From Mustelus asterias (lineage: Eukaryota), in contig NW_027590143.1 in assembly GCF_964213995.1 (NCBI RefSeq), positions 868,001 to 932,000 of the forward strand: DNA of 64,000 nt, given 5' to 3'. A program made the position numbers and the translations under genes. Below the pieces are notes generated by a model. It saw only the letters and a program-made list of their open reading frames with translations, had not been told where the DNA came from and searched no databases. This document shows positions 60,780 through 64,000 of this stretch, piece after piece (position 1 is the first letter of the stretch; every line of letters starts with the position of its first letter).

Positions 60780-62280
60780 TTTGGTTAGTCTCTGTGTTTA
60801 TCTGAGAGTGTGTGTATGTTTGCTTTTGTCTGAGTATTTATTAGTATGTGTCCGTATGTGCGACTTTGCTTGTGTCTATTTCTCTGAGATTGTGTGACTG
60901 TTTTTGCCTGAGTCCGTGTGTGTGTGTGTGTGTGTGGGTGTGTGCTTGTGTCTGTTTGATTGTCTGTTCATGTGTGTGTATGTGTGTGTATTATGCTGAA
61001 AGTGCGTGTCTGTGAGTTTACAACCTTGCCTATGTTGCTTGACTGAGATCATATGTGTGCCTATGTTGGACTGTGTGCGTGTGTTTCTGTGTGCGTGACT
61101 GTGTTTGCCTGGGTGTTTGTGTGTGTGTGTTGGTGCCTACGTGTTTTTCTGTGATTGTATGTATGCCTGAGTGTTTGACTGAGTGCTTATGTGTTTGTCT
61201 CTAAGTGTGTGTGTTTTGTCTGAGAGATTGTGTGTATCTGTGTGTTTGCGTCAGAGTGAATTTGTATGTGTGTGCCTGTGTGTTCGTTTGATAGTACAGC
61301 TGTGTGTGGGTCTGTGTGTGTATATTTGCCAGCGAGTGTGACTGTGTGTGTGCATGCATGTCTGAGAGTGTATGTTTTCTTTGTCTGAATTTTTCTCTGT
61401 ATATGGCTGTGTGCAAGAGTTTGCTTGTGTGTGTTTGTCTGAGTGTGTTCTTGTGATTGTATCTTTGTCTGTGAGTGTGTGTGTGCCTGTGTTTTTCTGA
61501 GCGTTTCTCTGTGTTTGCGAGTTTTCCTGTGTCTGTTCGTCTCAGAAATAAGTGTGCCTGCATTTGCCTGTGTGTTTGCGTGTATGTTTTCTGTACTTTT
61601 CTAAATGCGTGTGTGTGTTTGTGTCTGTGTGTGTGTGTGCATGTATTTGTCTGACAGCGTGTCTGTGTGTCTGAAAGAGAGAGAAAGTATGTGTGTGCCT
61701 GTGGGTGCGTGCGTGTGTTTGTCTGAGCGAGTATATCTGTGTATGGGCCTGTGTGTGCGAGTTTGCCTGTATCGATTTTTGTGAGATCCTGTGTGTGTGT
61801 GCTCGTGACTGTTTCCTAGAAATCATAGAAACCCTTCAGTACAGAAAGAGGCCATTCGGCCCATCGAGTCTGCACCGAACACAATCCCACCCAGGCCCTA
61901 CCCCCACATCCCTACATATTTTACCCGCTAATCCCTCTAATCTACGCATCTCAGGACACTAAGGGGCAATTTTTAGCATGGCCAATTAACCTAACCCGCA
62001 TATCTTTGGACTGTGGGAGGAAACCGGAGCACCCGGAGGGAACCCACGCAGATACAAGGAGAATGTGCAAACTCCACACAGACAGTGACCCAAGCTGGGA
62101 ATCGAACCCAGGTCCCTGGAGCTGTGAAGCAGCAGTGCTAACCACTACGCTACGGTGCCGCCCATTTGTCTGTTTGTGTGTGTACGTTTGCGAGTTTGCT
62201 TGTGTCTGCTTGTCTCAGTGTGTTTTTCTGAATGTGTGTGTGTGTGCGTGTGTTGGTCTCGCATTGTGTGTGTGTGTGAA
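60780..62280. repeat. Degenerate (TG)n-rich low-complexity tract
   Basis: ~1.1 kb of imperfect TG repeats interrupted by a SINE. Confidence 0.9.
61818..62162 (-). mobile_element. HE1-type SINE
   Basis: Close match to 33450-33785. Confidence 0.9.
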
Positions 62281-62431
62281 CATTTGAAAAAAAGAAATGT
62301 ATGATATACTTGGCATTATGGTGACATGGCTCCAAGGTTAGCAAGGATGGGAACTAAACATTGAGGGCCATTCGATGTTTAGGAAGGACAGACAGAAAGC
62401 AAAAAAATGGAGTACATTGTTTCTTAAAGCG

Positions 62432-62745
62432 GGGCGGCACGGTGGCAGAGTGGTTAGCACTGCTGCCTCGATGGCAGGGGCCCGGGTACAATTCCGAACT
62501 CGGATCACTGTCTGTGTGGAGTTGGCACATTCTTCCCGTGTCTGCTTGGGTTTCCTCCGGGTGCCTCGGTTTCCTCCCACAGTCCAAAGATGTGTGGGTT
62601 AGCTTGATTGGCCATCCGAAATTGACCCTCGTGTCAGGGGATTGACAGGATAAATAATTTGGGTTACGGAAATAGGGCCGGGATTGTGGTCGGTGCAGAC
62701 TCAATAATCCGAGTGGCCTCCTTCTGCACTGTAGGGATCCTATGT
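62432..62745 (+). mobile_element. Older HE1-type SINE
   Basis: GGCGGCACGGTGGCAGAGTGGTTAGCACTGCTGCC head. Confidence 0.85.
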
Positions 62746-62999
62746 GATATTGAAGAAAGATATTAGCACAGCGGATGTGGAAGACTGGTAAGGGAACTGT
62801 GGCCAAGCCATCGCGTACAAGGGAAGAAGAAACATACAAATTGGTAAATAAATCCATCGACCTGAGAATTTGGAGCAGTTTCAATTCAGCACAAAAGGAC
62901 CCAGGAATTGATTCGGAAGGGAAAAAATAGAGTGTGAAAGTAAGAAGGCGGGAAACATAACAAATAGTTGATCCATTTGTGGGCATTTTCGAAAAAATA

Positions 63000-64000
63000 T
63001 TTAGACTCTAAACTGGTCGCCACAGATTGGAGGGTAGCTAATATACGCCCGCCATTCAAAAAGGGAGGTAGAGAGAAATAGGGTGAACCATAAGGCAAAG
63101 AGCCGAACATTAGAACTAGGAAATTGCTCGAATCAATTATTAAGGATTTCATAACTCAGCATTTGGAAGGCAGTGGTAAAATCAGACGAAGTCAACATGG
63201 ATTTGCAAAGGGGAAATCATGCTTGGCAAATCTATTGGAATTGTGTGAGAATGTAACTAGTAGAGGTGACCAAGGAAAACTGGTGGGTATGGGTTATTTA
63301 GACTTTAAAATGCTTTCGGCAAGGTCTCATATAGCGTACGACCATAAAAGTGGCATGGATAGTGTATTGAGCTGGATAGAAAGCTGCTTAGCAGATAGGA
63401 AGCAAAGAGTTGGCAGAAATGAGTGTTTTTCCAATTGGCTGGTAGTGACCAGTGGGGTACCGCAGGGATCCACGCTAGGAGCCCAACTGTTCTTATTGTG
63501 TATAATTGATTTCAAAGAGGGAACTAAATGTGTTTTCTCCAATTTGCAGGTGACGCAAAGTTAGGTGAGAGGGTGAGCTCTGAGAAGGATGCAGCGATGC
63601 TTCAGCCTGATTTAAACAGGCAGAGTGAATGGACATATGCATCGAAGATGCAGTATAATGTGGGCAAATGCGAGATCATCCACTTCGGAGGCAACAATAG
63701 GACGGCAGATTATTATTTGAATAAATTGAGCGGTGAATATTCAGCGACAGCTTGGCATCCATGTGTATTGGCGCTGAAAGAAAGCACCACAGGTTCAGCA
63801 GGCGGTAAAGAAGGCAAGTGGTATGCTGGCCTTCATAACGACAGGATTTGAGTATAAGGATAGGGATATTTTACTGCAATTTTACAGGGCGTTGGTGAGC
63901 CCACAACTGGAGTATTGTGTGCAGTGTTGGTGTCCTTATCTGAGGAAGGATGTCCTTACTGCAGAGCGAGGGCAATGAAGATTTACCAGACTGATTCCTG
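63000..64000 (+). mobile_element. Degenerate CR1 ORF2 fragment running off the window
   Basis: SQHGFAKGKSCL, VTSGVPQGSTLG, QYNVGKCEIIHFG. Confidence 0.85.

Noticed and set aside
61201-61826. His/Thr-rich ORFs
   Set aside because: Translation artefacts of the (TG)n tract
1-64000. Constant-region exons, free D segments, IgHV-type segments
   Set aside because: None recognised by eye; very short D segments could have been missed without an RSS scan

Overview
Eukaryotic genomic DNA from a cartilaginous fish (shark-like; inferred from HE1-type SINEs, abundant shark-type CR1 LINEs and NAR-type V sequence). The window is part of the V region of an antigen-receptor locus, most likely TCR alpha/delta. 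It has about 14 recognisable V segments plus a few relics in both orientations, mostly leader exon + V exon + 23-bp-spacer RSS, and most are pseudogenes. Three V exons are open (28302-27854 minus, 41468-43070 plus, 39312-39617 plus). The centrepiece is a NAR-TCR-type cassette: a leader and IgNAR-like V with an extra FR1 Cys, a long germline CDR3 and a 12-bp-spacer RSS (probably germline-joined V-D); a NAR-type J with a 23-RSS; and a supporting V-delta with a CDR1 Cys, followed by a duplicated RSS and an inverted second supporting V-delta. Other notable structure: an identical CTCF-type 14-mer exactly 25 bp past the nonamer of three decayed V genes, an intronless leader-V gene, a tandem CRE array at a V promoter, an inverted segmental duplication, templated insertions, a tRNA-Arg gene split by CR1, hammerhead-bearing Penelope-like fragments and one apparently intact full-length CR1. 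No C exons or free D segments were seen. All calls were made by eye without database searches; repeat boundaries are approximate.
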